A DNA stretch of 64,000 bases from Patescibacteria group bacterium (GTDB lineage Bacteria > Patescibacteriota > Dojkabacteria > J137), in assembly GCA_016861265.1 (NCBI GenBank), contig BOLA01000001.1, positions 598,229 through 662,228 of the forward strand, read 5' to 3'. The notes beneath the pieces are model-generated. The model was given only the letters and a program-made list of their open reading frames with translations. It was not told where the DNA came from and did no database searches. Positions within the stretch are counted from its first letter, which is position 1. Each line of letters opens with the position of its first letter. Positions 47,763 to 58,824 of the stretch are shown here, in pieces. The position numbers and the translations under genes were made by a program.

Positions 47763-48986
47763 ATGTTTGGAAATAATAGAAATAAGAAAATAGTGAGCAG
47801 AAGCTCAAACTATCATTTGGCCATCGATATCGGTACTGAATTCGTTAAATCTGCTGTATTTAAAGAAGAGGATAACGAAGTTATTATATTGGGCTACAGT
47901 AGAATAAAACAAAGAGAGTCATCAATGTATGCGGCATTTATAATTAATTTGCAGGCGGTTATTGAGGCATGCGACAGAGGAGTTGGGGAAGCAGTTGCTC
48001 AGGCAATGGAAAAAGAGGGAGATAAATTTGTAATTCCTAACGATGTAATTATAGGTATTGCCGGTGAGTTGGTTCACGGAGTAACAATTATGGTTAATGT
48101 GGAAAGAGACAATCACGAAGCTAAGATTACACAAAAGGAGATCGACAAATTCGTAGAAAAAGTAAAAAAGTATACATTTTCTAGTACAGTGGAAGAAATC
48201 TCGCGAGAAATGGGGTTAAAAGCAAGTCAAGTTATAGAAGTAAATACAACCATTAACAGTGTTTATATTGATGGAATGAAGGTTATAAACCCATTAGGTT
48301 ATTCCGGTAACGAATTAGTTTATAAGGTATTTTCAACATTTGCACCCAAGATTCATTTAGATTCAATTAACCAAGTAGCCGATGCTTTAAATTTAAGATT
48401 AAGCAAGATTGTAGTAGAGCCCTATTCACTAGCGGTAGGCTTAAGAAATATGAAAGATCAAGATGCAAATGCCATAATTATTGATGTCGGAGGTGGTACT
48501 ACCGACGTTGCGTTGGTGAGCAATGGAGATATTATAGGTACAAAAATGTTTGCCATTGGCGGTAAGGTTTTTACAAAGAGAGTGCAGAGGGAGCTTGGCG
48601 TTGATTATGAAGAAGCTGAAAAAATAAAAATAGATTACTCGAATGGTGCTGTTTCCAAAGATGTCGACCTTAAATTAAGTAAAGCTTTTGAGATGGATAT
48701 TTCAACCTGGTTAACCGGAGTTGAAATAGCTTTAGAAAGTTTTAACGATGTAAAAGAGTATCCAAGTCAGATTTATATTTGCGGTGGTGGAGCATTGCTG
48801 CCTGAAATTCAGGAGGGTCTAATGACTTACCCATGGCTACAGACCTTGAATTTTAAAAAGTTTCCAAAAGTGAGCTTTATATTCCCTAATGCGTTGAGTA
48901 GTGTTTTGGATAAAACTAAGAGTGCTACTTTACCTATGGATGTAACTCCGCTAGCATTAGCTAGAATGCATTTAGAAAATTTATAA
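47763..48986 (+). CDS. second actin-fold ATPase of the FtsA/PilM family (not the ftsA at 8701)
   Basis: YHLAIDIGTEFVKSAVF (phosphate-1), IIDVGGGTTDVALVSNGDIIGTKMFAIGGKVFT (phosphate-2/adenosine) and the C-terminal actin-fold blocks. 407 aa. Confidence 0.7.
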   Translation: MFGNNRNKKIVSRSSNYHLAIDIGTEFVKSAVFKEEDNEVIILGYSRIKQRESSMYAAFIINLQAVIEACDRGVGEAVAQAMEKEGDKFVIPNDVIIGIAGELVHGVTIMVNVERDNHEAKITQKEIDKFVEKVKKYTFSSTVEEISREMGLKASQVIEVNTTINSVYIDGMKVINPLGYSGNELVYKVFSTFAPKIHLDSINQVADALNLRLSKIVVEPYSLAVGLRNMKDQDANAIIIDVGGGTTDVALVSNGDIIGTKMFAIGGKVFTKRVQRELGVDYEEAEKIKIDYSNGAVSKDVDLKLSKAFEMDISTWLTGVEIALESFNDVKEYPSQIYICGGGALLPEIQEGLMTYPWLQTLNFKKFPKVSFIFPNALSSVLDKTKSATLPMDVTPLALARMHLENL

Positions 48987-49001
48987 ATTAATTTTAATAA
49001 A

Positions 49002-51146
49002 GTGTCGATTTCGTCATCCGAAAAAATTTTTATTGACCCTAGGGAGGAAATAACCTTTATTGTTGAACGTCTTTTAAAGGCGGAAAAAGACAGGGTTATT
49101 CTTGTCGTTCCTCAAAATTCCTTGCTACTAAGTAGTTTAGTTAGTATAGATATTCTTTTTAGAAAATTAGTTAGAACAAAGAAACTTGCGATTATTGTCA
49201 CAGAAGATGAATATGGTAAGTCTATTGCCTCTAAAGCAGGATTTGTAGTAGTAGATAAAGTAAGTCAGATTACAAATGAGCAGTGGAACCTAGGAAATAA
49301 CCGAAAAATTTCCATAAAAGAAATCTTAGACGAGAGAAAGAAGGCTTTGTTGGCCAATATTAGTGGTGAAAGTCATGACATAGAAGAGCTGCCTGAAATT
49401 CCAGGTACCGAAGATATAGAAGAGTATCAGGTTACGGAGCAGGAAATGGACGAAGTTGTAACGAAAAGTGTGGGATTGCCATACGAAGAGGTTTTAGAGA
49501 AGAAAGAAGAGATTCTTGATGAAGTAGAAGATGCAGTGGAGTTGGTTAATAATCAAACTGATGTAATAGAAGAATCACCTGTGGTACCTGAGGTGCCAAC
49601 TGCGGAAGATTTAGAAAAACAGGAACTAGAATCTTCTCTAAAAAAGTACGCAAAGCCAAGAAGAGAGGTTAAGGAAGTTGAATTAGACGGTATAAAGCTT
49701 GTGTCTGGCGGTGATATAAAGAGTTACATTGATTCTAAAGAAAGTGCTAAAATGGCAGATAGTAACAATTCTTTCACTCAAATGACAGACATAAATATAG
49801 ATAGAAAAATTAAAAAGGTGGGCTCTTCGTCCTTTACAGGAAAAGACTTTACAAAAAAAGTAACAGACAAAGGTGGTCTCGGGGCTCTGTTTTCGAGATT
49901 TAGCTTGAAACGAAGAAACCCGGATTTTAGAGACGAAAATGACTTTATAAAAAAAAAGAATAGAAAAAAAATTCTAATTACTACTTTTGTATTATTTATT
50001 CTATTGTTCGCTGTAGGAGGCTATGTGTTAGCGTTTCAGGTATCAACAGTAGATATTACTTTAACATTAAGAGCGCAAGATGTAAGCACATCTGCAACTG
50101 TATTGTTAAGCACTAGTGCGGAAGAACTCAGTCTGGAGAGTCCAATTACAATTCCTGCAAAGGAATATTCAATACCAGCCGATAATTTAAGTATTTCTAA
50201 GACCGGGACTGCTGATGGCAATAGTAAGAGAGGCGCTAAAGCAAAAGGGGTCGTAACAATTTATAATCTTACAGCTGAAAGTGTTACATTGGGAGCGGGA
50301 ACAAAGTTTAAAAATGTTACAAATGGATTAATTTATGTTTCCACAACTGAAGTTGTATTAGATCCGGCTACTGTCAGTTCAAATATTAAAACTCCAAGCA
50401 CTAAAGATAATGTTGCACTAGAGGCTGAAAATTTTGGACCTCAATTTAACATCGAAGTTTCTGATAAAACAAGATTCAGCATTGAAAGTTATAGTACAGA
50501 GGAAGAAATGAGTGCAACTGCATTCCAATCATTTCAGGGGGGAACTGAAGAGGCATTTACATCTGTCTCGCAAGAGAATTACGATAAATTAAAAGAAACA
50601 ATTGTACCGGATTTAAAGAAACAAGGGTTAGACAGGTTAAAATCCCTAACCGAGAGTGGATACCAGTTAATTGAAGGTACAGTTACATACGATGAAACAA
50701 AAACCCCTGAGTCTTTGCCAAAGGTTGGAGAAGAGGCAAAAGATAAGACTTTTAATTTAACAGTTCAGATAGGTATTAAGGGACTTGCAGTTAAAACGAG
50801 TGATCTAACAGAAGCTGTCAGTGCTGTTTTAAAGAATAATGCTCAGAATACGAATGGTGGAAATCTTCAGATTGATGACATAATGAATCCGCAAATCGAT
50901 AAGGTAGAAAAGAATGGAGATGATTATGTAGTAACTGTTTCTTCTAAAGGTTCGGTTAAAACCCAAATTACTCCTGAGCAAATGAAGAAAGATATATCTG
51001 GATTGACTATTCAACAGGCAAATGATTACTTTAGATTAATCGATTATATTCAGGATTATAGAGTGAATTTTAATCCAGGATTTGTACCTGACAGTATAAA
51101 ACGTGTCCCTTCCGATACATCACGAATTAATATTAAAACAAAATAA
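49002..51146 (+). CDS. bitopic membrane protein (714 aa): cytoplasmic N-terminal domain plus acidic linker, single TM, large extracytoplasmic C-terminal domain
   Basis: GTG start 16 nt after the FtsA/PilM-like gene. TM at about residues 330-352 (ILITTFVLFILLFAVGGYVLAF). No recognisable family. Confidence 0.5.
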   Translation: MSISSSEKIFIDPREEITFIVERLLKAEKDRVILVVPQNSLLLSSLVSIDILFRKLVRTKKLAIIVTEDEYGKSIASKAGFVVVDKVSQITNEQWNLGNNRKISIKEILDERKKALLANISGESHDIEELPEIPGTEDIEEYQVTEQEMDEVVTKSVGLPYEEVLEKKEEILDEVEDAVELVNNQTDVIEESPVVPEVPTAEDLEKQELESSLKKYAKPRREVKEVELDGIKLVSGGDIKSYIDSKESAKMADSNNSFTQMTDINIDRKIKKVGSSSFTGKDFTKKVTDKGGLGALFSRFSLKRRNPDFRDENDFIKKKNRKKILITTFVLFILLFAVGGYVLAFQVSTVDITLTLRAQDVSTSATVLLSTSAEELSLESPITIPAKEYSIPADNLSISKTGTADGNSKRGAKAKGVVTIYNLTAESVTLGAGTKFKNVTNGLIYVSTTEVVLDPATVSSNIKTPSTKDNVALEAENFGPQFNIEVSDKTRFSIESYSTEEEMSATAFQSFQGGTEEAFTSVSQENYDKLKETIVPDLKKQGLDRLKSLTESGYQLIEGTVTYDETKTPESLPKVGEEAKDKTFNLTVQIGIKGLAVKTSDLTEAVSAVLKNNAQNTNGGNLQIDDIMNPQIDKVEKNGDDYVVTVSSKGSVKTQITPEQMKKDISGLTIQQANDYFRLIDYIQDYRVNFNPGFVPDSIKRVPSDTSRINIKTK

Positions 51147-51166
51147 TAGTTCTGAAATCAAAATAC

Positions 51167-51190
51167 AAACCTCCCTTTGGGAGGTTTTCT
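51167..51190 (+). terminator. rho-independent terminator (AAACCTCCC-TTTG-GGAGGTTT)
   Basis: Stem-loop directly after the stop at 51146. Confidence 0.65.
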
Positions 51191-51271
51191 ATTGCTGATT
51201 TTAAATCACCTATTCTAATGGACTTTAAGTCTTGTTGAACGCTAAATATTATATATGGTAGAATTCAAAGG

Positions 51272-51298
51272 TTAGCAATTAAAGCATTAATCTGCTAA
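51272..51298 (+). promoter_or_regulatory. degenerate CIRCE-like inverted repeat (TTAGCAATT-N9-ATCTGCTAA) upstream of groES
   Basis: 9-9-9 architecture. The outer TTAGCA/TGCTAA arms are perfect while the inner arm positions diverge from the consensus TTAGCACTC-N9-GAGTGCTAA. About 35 nt upstream of the groES ATG. Confidence 0.45.
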
Positions 51299-51331
51299 CT
51301 ATTTTTATCATTAATTTTTTAATTATTTATT

Positions 51332-51634
51332 ATGTCCAAAATCACTATAAAGCCTATAGGCGAATATATTTTGGTTGAACCTCTAGAAGAGGAAGAAAAG
51401 ACTGCATCTGGTCTTCTTATTCAAACTTCTTCAAAAGGAGAAAGACCACAGAGAGGAAAAATTAGTGCTTTAGGCACAGGCAAAAGAGATGAAAATGGAA
51501 AACTTATTGAATTTAACGTAGAAGTGGGTCAAGAAGTTTTGTTCAAAAAATATTCACCTGAGGATATCGAAATTGATGGAAAATCTTACCTTCTAATGAA
51601 GGAAGCAGATATTCTAGCAGTTATTACTGAATAA
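51332..51634 (+). CDS. groES: co-chaperonin GroES
   Basis: 100 aa. IKPIGEYILVEP...ASGLLI...GKISALG...EVGQEVLFKKY. Confidence 0.9.
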   Translation: MSKITIKPIGEYILVEPLEEEEKTASGLLIQTSSKGERPQRGKISALGTGKRDENGKLIEFNVEVGQEVLFKKYSPEDIEIDGKSYLLMKEADILAVITE

Positions 51635-51641
51635 TTAATAA

Positions 51642-53282
<1,641 letters not shown>

Positions 53283-53294
53283 TAGACGCTTATT

Positions 53295-53323
53295 AAAGCC
53301 AGCCGTAAGGCTGGCTTTTTTTA
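53295..53323 (+). terminator. rho-independent terminator (AAAGCCAGCC-GTAA-GGCTGGCTTT-TTTTT)
   Basis: Perfect 10-bp stem, GNRA loop, long U-tract after groEL. Confidence 0.8.
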
Positions 53324-53382
53324 GCTCTTAATTTACAGGGATTAATAATATATACTATGAAAAGTTAAAGAACGCATTTTTT

Positions 53383-53709
53383 ATGAGTAACTTACTTTTT
53401 GTCTTTTACTGGTGGTACGTAATACTAGTAAAAGAATTCTGGCGAAGCTATGTATTGGGTAGATTAGTTTATAACTTGAATCTAACAAATACTTTGCCCA
53501 TGGCAAAGCATATATCGGATCCATTGTTCCAGGACGATTCCGGTATCGGCAAATCTTTCGGTTTTATTATTAGATTTATTTGGATAGGAATTGGATCTTC
53601 TATTAGTGTAATCGTAACAGTTCCCTTCTTCATTTTTGGAATATTTTTATTGGTATTGCCCTTATTACCGTTAATACAATTAGTTACATACTTAAATACA
53701 TTATTATGA
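53383..53709 (+). CDS. small polytopic membrane protein, 4-nt overlap with (likely translationally coupled to) the Clp-like ATPase
   Basis: Three hydrophobic helices. ATGA overlap with the next start. Confidence 0.4.
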   Translation: MSNLLFVFYWWYVILVKEFWRSYVLGRLVYNLNLTNTLPMAKHISDPLFQDDSGIGKSFGFIIRFIWIGIGSSISVIVTVPFFIFGIFLLVLPLLPLIQLVTYLNTLL

Positions 53710-56285
53710 ACGGTAAGGTACTACTAGCAAAATACAAAAATTCAAGAATATTCGTAGACTTTGGTTCACTTACATTCTTTAAGGGAGATAAACATGCTCT
53801 TTACAAACTTGAACAGAATACAGGAACCTTATTAGAAATATTTACAGCACTTCTTTTTGGAATACCCATTGTTATTCAAATCTTGAATGGAGAACTTAAT
53901 CTCTTGAATTTTTTGATACCCGATAATCTACTAAACTATTTGCCGTATATAGGTATCTACACATTTATTTTTGCAAGATTTTTAAAGCGAGATAGGAATA
54001 AATTCGATGAGGCGGTGAAAAACTATAATTTGCTTGCTGTAAATAAGAAAATTGAAGCGGGTGCTGACATGGAACTTACTGTAAATCACTACATTGACTT
54101 TGAAACACTTACAATATTAGATAAAGCTTTGGCAGATAAGGAAAGAGCTTTTATAGTTACATTATGTAAACTACTAACAGAAGATACAGAAATTGAACAC
54201 TTCTTAGCAAACAGATTAGGTATTAATAGAGATAAGTTTATAGAAGTTGTAAACCATAATAGTCACAATGCAAATTTCACACTAAATAATGCTTATAGAA
54301 CTTTATTTCTTTACTTGTTCGATGAAGCCCTAAAGCTTGAATCTAATACTATTAATAAGTTCGTATTATTCTTTGTTTTAAATAAATACTTTTTGAAAAA
54401 TATTTATTTTGACCTAGGTGTAGCAGAATTGGAATTAGAGGGTTTGAGAATTTGGTTTAAGAATGAAACAAAACAAAGAGAGTACTATATTAAGTGGGAA
54501 AGACTATCAAAATTCAAACCAAAAGGAGATGTTAATAGGGCATACACATCTAGACCTACACCAGTATTAGATGAGTATGCGGAAGATTTAACAAGTCAGG
54601 CTGCACTTGGTTTATTCATGTTGTCCGTGGGCAAGGATCAAGAATTGAATAGGGTTGTAGAAATTATGGAAAGAGACAAGGCGAGTGCATGTATGATTCT
54701 CGGAGATCCGGGCGTTGGAAAAACCAGATTCTTAAGGCATTTAGCAACAAGAATGGTTGTGGAAGATATTCCAGGTAGACTCTATGATCACAGATTGTTA
54801 TCCATTGATTTAAATAAAATCCTTACTAAAATTGGTACAGTTGATTCGTTTAAGCAGGTTCTTCAGAGAATTTTTGAAGAGGTTCGTTACTCAGGAAATG
54901 TGATTCTAGTACTTGAAGAATTTAGTCAAATACTTAACATAAGAGAAGAATCGAAACTGGAGGTTGTTAATTTGATTGTAAATGCAATAAATAATTTAAA
55001 CCTAAGATTAATTGCTACTTCTAATAATTCAAGTTATTCAAAATATGTTAAACCGTTAAAATCACTTTCCGCGTTGTTCGATGTTGTAGAGCTTAAGGAG
55101 CCATCTTCAAATGTAGCTCTACAAATTCTAATCGATGAGGTTCCAAGAATTGAGAAAAAATACAAAGTGAGTGTAAGGATTAATTCTTTAAAAAGAATTG
55201 TAGAATTTGCACCAAAGTTCGATCAGGACAGAGTAATGCCCGATAAAGGTATAGATCTATTTGAAGAGGCCTGTTTAGCAGCAAAGAATAGAGGGTTAAC
55301 ATTCCTAGATGTGTCAACGGTTGATGAAATTCTTTCTGAAAAAGTAGGTGTAAAAGTAGGTAATTTATCTGAAGGGGAAAGTCATACATTAATGGCTATG
55401 TCGGAACGAATGCATGACAGAGTTATTGGGCAGAATGAGGCTGTAGATGCTGTCGCATCTGCAATTAAAAGATCTCGTTCAGGACTGACAAATACTAAAA
55501 AACCAATTGCGTCATTTTTATTTTATGGACCTACTGGTGTTGGGAAAACAGAAGTGGCTAAAACTTTGGCCGATGTCTACTATGGCAGTGAAAACTTATT
55601 GATCAGACTAGACATGTCGGAATATCAGGAAGATCAAAATCTTAATAGAATTATTGGATATACCGATGACAAAGGCAATTTTATAGGCGGATACTTGACT
55701 GAGTCAGTCAGATCAAGACCTTTCTCGTTGGTGTTGTTGGACGAAATAGAGAAGGCTAATAAAAAGGTCTTAGATCTATTCCTACAAGTTTTAGATGAAG
55801 GTACTTTAACTGATGGTTTAGGTCGAAAGGTAGATTTTACTAATACCATAATAATTATGACTTCAAATGTAGGTTCTGACTTAATTGCGAAAGAAATCTA
55901 CGAAGGTAAAAAATACCACGATGTGGAAAAAGATGTGACAAATAAACTAAGGGAATCTTACAGGATTGAATTTTTAAACAGATTTGATAAATTAATAATG
56001 TTTAGACCGTTATCAAAAATTGAGATTGAGCAGATTGTGATGCTGATGTTGAAAAAAATAGATGATAATTTAATGCAAAAAGGAATTGGTATTTCCTGGA
56101 ATGAGGCAACTTTGGTAGAATTAGCAAACCTTGGTTATAGCGAGATGTTTGGTGCAAGAGAATTAAAAAGAATTGTGCAGGAAAACATAGAGAATAAATT
56201 AGCAGATTTAATAATTCAGGGTAAACTACGAAGCGGTACAGAAGCAGTTTTTAATGGATTAACTGTACAACAAGTGGTAAATTAA
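53706..56285 (+). CDS. Hsp100/Clp-family double AAA+ ATPase (ClpA/ClpC-type, no long M-domain) with an unusual N-terminal region containing hydrophobic segments and Clp_N-like repeats
   Basis: D1: Walker A (MILGDPGVGKTRFLRHLA), EDIPGRLYDHRLLSIDL, NVILVLEEF, PDKGIDLFEEAC. Linker: HDRVIGQNEAVDAVASAIKRSRSGL. D2: FLFYGPTGVGKTEVAKTLA, LIRLDMSEYQED, SLVLLDEIEKANKKVLDLFLQVLDEGTLTDGLGRKVDFTNTIIIMTSNVGS, C-terminal GARELKRIVQ. The N-terminal 280 aa hold two hydrophobic helices and ELTVNHYIDFETLTILDKAL-type Clp_N repeats. No [LIV]G[FL] ClpP-docking tripeptide is visible after the TSNVGS block. Confidence 0.75.
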   Translation: MNGKVLLAKYKNSRIFVDFGSLTFFKGDKHALYKLEQNTGTLLEIFTALLFGIPIVIQILNGELNLLNFLIPDNLLNYLPYIGIYTFIFARFLKRDRNKFDEAVKNYNLLAVNKKIEAGADMELTVNHYIDFETLTILDKALADKERAFIVTLCKLLTEDTEIEHFLANRLGINRDKFIEVVNHNSHNANFTLNNAYRTLFLYLFDEALKLESNTINKFVLFFVLNKYFLKNIYFDLGVAELELEGLRIWFKNETKQREYYIKWERLSKFKPKGDVNRAYTSRPTPVLDEYAEDLTSQAALGLFMLSVGKDQELNRVVEIMERDKASACMILGDPGVGKTRFLRHLATRMVVEDIPGRLYDHRLLSIDLNKILTKIGTVDSFKQVLQRIFEEVRYSGNVILVLEEFSQILNIREESKLEVVNLIVNAINNLNLRLIATSNNSSYSKYVKPLKSLSALFDVVELKEPSSNVALQILIDEVPRIEKKYKVSVRINSLKRIVEFAPKFDQDRVMPDKGIDLFEEACLAAKNRGLTFLDVSTVDEILSEKVGVKVGNLSEGESHTLMAMSERMHDRVIGQNEAVDAVASAIKRSRSGLTNTKKPIASFLFYGPTGVGKTEVAKTLADVYYGSENLLIRLDMSEYQEDQNLNRIIGYTDDKGNFIGGYLTESVRSRPFSLVLLDEIEKANKKVLDLFLQVLDEGTLTDGLGRKVDFTNTIIIMTSNVGSDLIAKEIYEGKKYHDVEKDVTNKLRESYRIEFLNRFDKLIMFRPLSKIEIEQIVMLMLKKIDDNLMQKGIGISWNEATLVELANLGYSEMFGARELKRIVQENIENKLADLIIQGKLRSGTEAVFNGLTVQQVVN

Positions 56286-56304
56286 ATTAAATAATCAAAT
56301 TTAT

Positions 56305-56685
56305 ATGAATAAAAAAAAGTTGATCTCAATAATTGTCTTAGCCCAGAGTGTTTTAATGGCATTGCCAGTAGCAGCTCAAGGACTGACTAATGTTAGTCAG
56401 AATTATGCAATTCCTAACCCTACAAGATACAGTAGTCTGGAAGACATAATTAATGCATTGACTTCGCTAATTAGACCTGTCTTTATTATTACATTTGGTG
56501 CAATGATACTTTATGGAGGATGGGTTAGATTAACATCTCAAGGTAATCCGGATAAAGTTAAGTCAAGCTCGCAAATCATAGTTGCAGCAATTGTAGGTTT
56601 TGCAATTGCAGTGTTTGCACCTACAATTGTTGACTTTGCGGGTAAATTGCTAGGTATTCAAGGTGGATTAATACAGAATCAATAA
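56305..56685 (+). CDS. pilin-like protein paralog 1 (VirB2/TrbC-like topology: signal peptide, two hydrophobic helices joined by a short polar loop)
   Basis: Signal (LISIIVLAQSVLMALPVAAQG). Helix-1 (VFIITFGAMILYGGWVRL), loop (TSQGNPDKVKSSSQ), helix-2 (IIVAAIVGFAIAVFAPTIV). Confidence 0.55.
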   Translation: MNKKKLISIIVLAQSVLMALPVAAQGLTNVSQNYAIPNPTRYSSLEDIINALTSLIRPVFIITFGAMILYGGWVRLTSQGNPDKVKSSSQIIVAAIVGFAIAVFAPTIVDFAGKLLGIQGGLIQNQ

Positions 56686-56686
56686 T

Positions 56687-57298
56687 ATGAAACTAAAAGC
56701 TTTATTATTCATAGTAATTACAATAATCCTTAGTTCGGGTATTAAGTTATCGGCACAGTCTACAGACTGTATAGCCCCATATTTTATCCCTGATGATTGT
56801 AGTGTGCCTTATGTACCTGGTAAATCAGGGGGTTATACTGCAGATTTAAATTGTCAGATCGTTCGAATTACTAAACCTGGAACCGAGGAGGCTAAATGTT
56901 GTCCCAATATTTGTGTAAATGAAAATGGTGATAGGGTAAGTGCCCAGCTTCCGTCCGAAATTACGCAGACCGAGGTATTTGGAACTACTATTAGAATTAA
57001 TCCGGATAATTCAGGGACGATTATAAATATACTGTTTACAACAATATTGGGTCTTGTTTCTGTTTACGCAATTGTGAGAGGTATTTATGTTACTGGAGTA
57101 AAAAGACCAATGGCTATTACACCCGACCAAATCGCGGAAATTAATAAAGAACTTACAAATTTAATAATAGGTGTAGTTATTTGCTGGGGCTTTATAATCT
57201 TAATTCAAGTAGTCGCCAACCTATTAGGAGTAGGTCAGTTAAATAATCTAGATATTTCCGGCGGAGAATCTGGAGGAACAATTATTACTATTAAATAA
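56687..57298 (+). CDS. pilin-like protein paralog 2 with an N-terminal Cys-rich extracytoplasmic module
   Basis: Signal, 7 Cys in the first 80 mature residues, then helix-1 / KRPMAITPDQIAEINKELTN loop / helix-2. Confidence 0.5.
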   Translation: MKLKALLFIVITIILSSGIKLSAQSTDCIAPYFIPDDCSVPYVPGKSGGYTADLNCQIVRITKPGTEEAKCCPNICVNENGDRVSAQLPSEITQTEVFGTTIRINPDNSGTIINILFTTILGLVSVYAIVRGIYVTGVKRPMAITPDQIAEINKELTNLIIGVVICWGFIILIQVVANLLGVGQLNNLDISGGESGGTIITIK

Positions 57299-57858
57299 TG
57301 AAGACTTTATTGCTAACAATAATATTAAGCATATTCTTCTTTGCTCCTGTGTATGCACAAGAAAATTCAGGCGGATTAGCAAATCAGACGGTCACATGCG
57401 TTAACTGTACAATAGATAACAATATTGGGCTAGAGGAAATTAGAGTTCCTGTTTTTGCTAGCTTTATTGATTTCAATACTGAAAATGCGAGCATATTTAG
57501 CTGGGTATCGTTCATCGGAGCTTTAGCTACCGTAGGATTGGTTATTTTCTGGATTTTTCTTCTGGTTAAAGCTGGTGTAAGAGGATTGCAGAGCCAGGGC
57601 AACGCAGATACATTGGCTGAGGCATTTAAACAGGTTCAATCGGTACTTATTGGAGCTGCAATCTCACTGTTCTTCCCCCTAGTACTAAGTATTATAGGTG
57701 TATTCTTTGGAATTGGCACTATCTTTAGTTGGCCTAAAATGTTTCAGTTTTGCGATGAGTCGTCTGGTGTTCAATTTTATTATCAGGCTCTGTTAGCTGA
57801 CGATGTAAAAGGAGATAAGTCAGCCGCAGAGGCTAAATGTAACCCAATAGGAGAATAA
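57298..57858 (+). CDS. pilin-like protein paralog 3 with a Cys-containing C-terminal tail
   Basis: Signal. Helix-1 (VGLVIFWIFLLVKAGVRGL), loop (QSQGNADTLAEAFKQ), helix-2, then a C-terminal tail with 2 Cys. Confidence 0.5.
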   Translation: MKTLLLTIILSIFFFAPVYAQENSGGLANQTVTCVNCTIDNNIGLEEIRVPVFASFIDFNTENASIFSWVSFIGALATVGLVIFWIFLLVKAGVRGLQSQGNADTLAEAFKQVQSVLIGAAISLFFPLVLSIIGVFFGIGTIFSWPKMFQFCDESSGVQFYYQALLADDVKGDKSAAEAKCNPIGE

Positions 57859-57859
57859 T

Positions 57860-58291
57860 ATGAAAAAATTAATATTGCTAACTTTTATAATCGCTTTTTC
57901 GGTATTGCCTTTCAGCATTAAGGCTGCTACTGCTTCAGATGTCTTGCCATGCGATCAGTACGATACATCGGCCTTTGATGCGTGTGGGGATGTTAACGGA
58001 CAAGTTACTGATCTTATAAAGTTCGCTTTGGCAGCAGCTTTCGGAGCAATTATATTATATGGCATTTTCTTGATAATTAAGGCTGCACTTACTATAATTA
58101 GGAGTAATGGTGATCCGGGCCAAGTAGAGGCCGGTACAAATATTATAAGAGGTGTTTATATTGGCATAGGAATCATCTTTATAGGAATAGTAGGGCTTAT
58201 TATTGTTATTGCATTCTTTGGTGCAGGTGGTATATTGAATACAGCAGTAAATACACCAGGTAATACTGTAATACCAATAATTACAAATTAA
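57860..58291 (+). CDS. pilin-like protein paralog 4
   Basis: Signal. Helix-1 (AIILYGIFLIIKAALTIIRS), loop (NGDPGQVEAGTN), helix-2 ending AFFGAGG. Confidence 0.55.
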   Translation: MKKLILLTFIIAFSVLPFSIKAATASDVLPCDQYDTSAFDACGDVNGQVTDLIKFALAAAFGAIILYGIFLIIKAALTIIRSNGDPGQVEAGTNIIRGVYIGIGIIFIGIVGLIIVIAFFGAGGILNTAVNTPGNTVIPIITN

Positions 58292-58317
58292 ATTATTTAT
58301 TTTATTAAAATACTCTT

Positions 58318-58806
58318 ATGTTTAGAAATAAGAAACTTGCAGGAATCATGGTAGGAGCATTTTTATTAGTTGCACCATTGGTTTCTCCATTGTTAACAGT
58401 TCAAGCTCAATCAAGAAACTTGATTTGTACTGTTTTCCCATTTATTAATAGTGTTGGAGCATTTGGAATCAGCTCATTGTGCGGTGATGTTAATGCAACA
58501 AGTACATCTGATACAATCAAAAGTACTTTTAACTTAATTGTGTCTTTAATATTTGTAGCAATAATCATTTTCTCAATCTACGTGATTATTAGAGCTGCAA
58601 TTAAATACATTAGATCAGAAGGAGATCCAGCAAAAATTGAAGAGGCTCAAAAGGCTATCAAGTCGGTGTTTATCGGTATTGCTGCATTATTTGTAGGCTT
58701 AATCGGTATTATCATTATTATTGCATTCTTTGGTGCAGGTGGTGCATTAACTACAAATCAGGTTAATAACCAGGTAAACCCACTATTGAATTCAATCTTG
58801 AATTAA
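58318..58806 (+). CDS. pilin-like protein paralog 5 (closest paralog of no. 4; shares IRSxGDP...AFFGAGG)
   Basis: Signal. Helix-1, loop (IRSEGDPAKIEEAQKAIKS), helix-2 ending AFFGAGGAL. Confidence 0.55.
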   Translation: MFRNKKLAGIMVGAFLLVAPLVSPLLTVQAQSRNLICTVFPFINSVGAFGISSLCGDVNATSTSDTIKSTFNLIVSLIFVAIIIFSIYVIIRAAIKYIRSEGDPAKIEEAQKAIKSVFIGIAALFVGLIGIIIIIAFFGAGGALTTNQVNNQVNPLLNSILN

Positions 58807-58824
58807 GTTAATTAGAATTTTATA

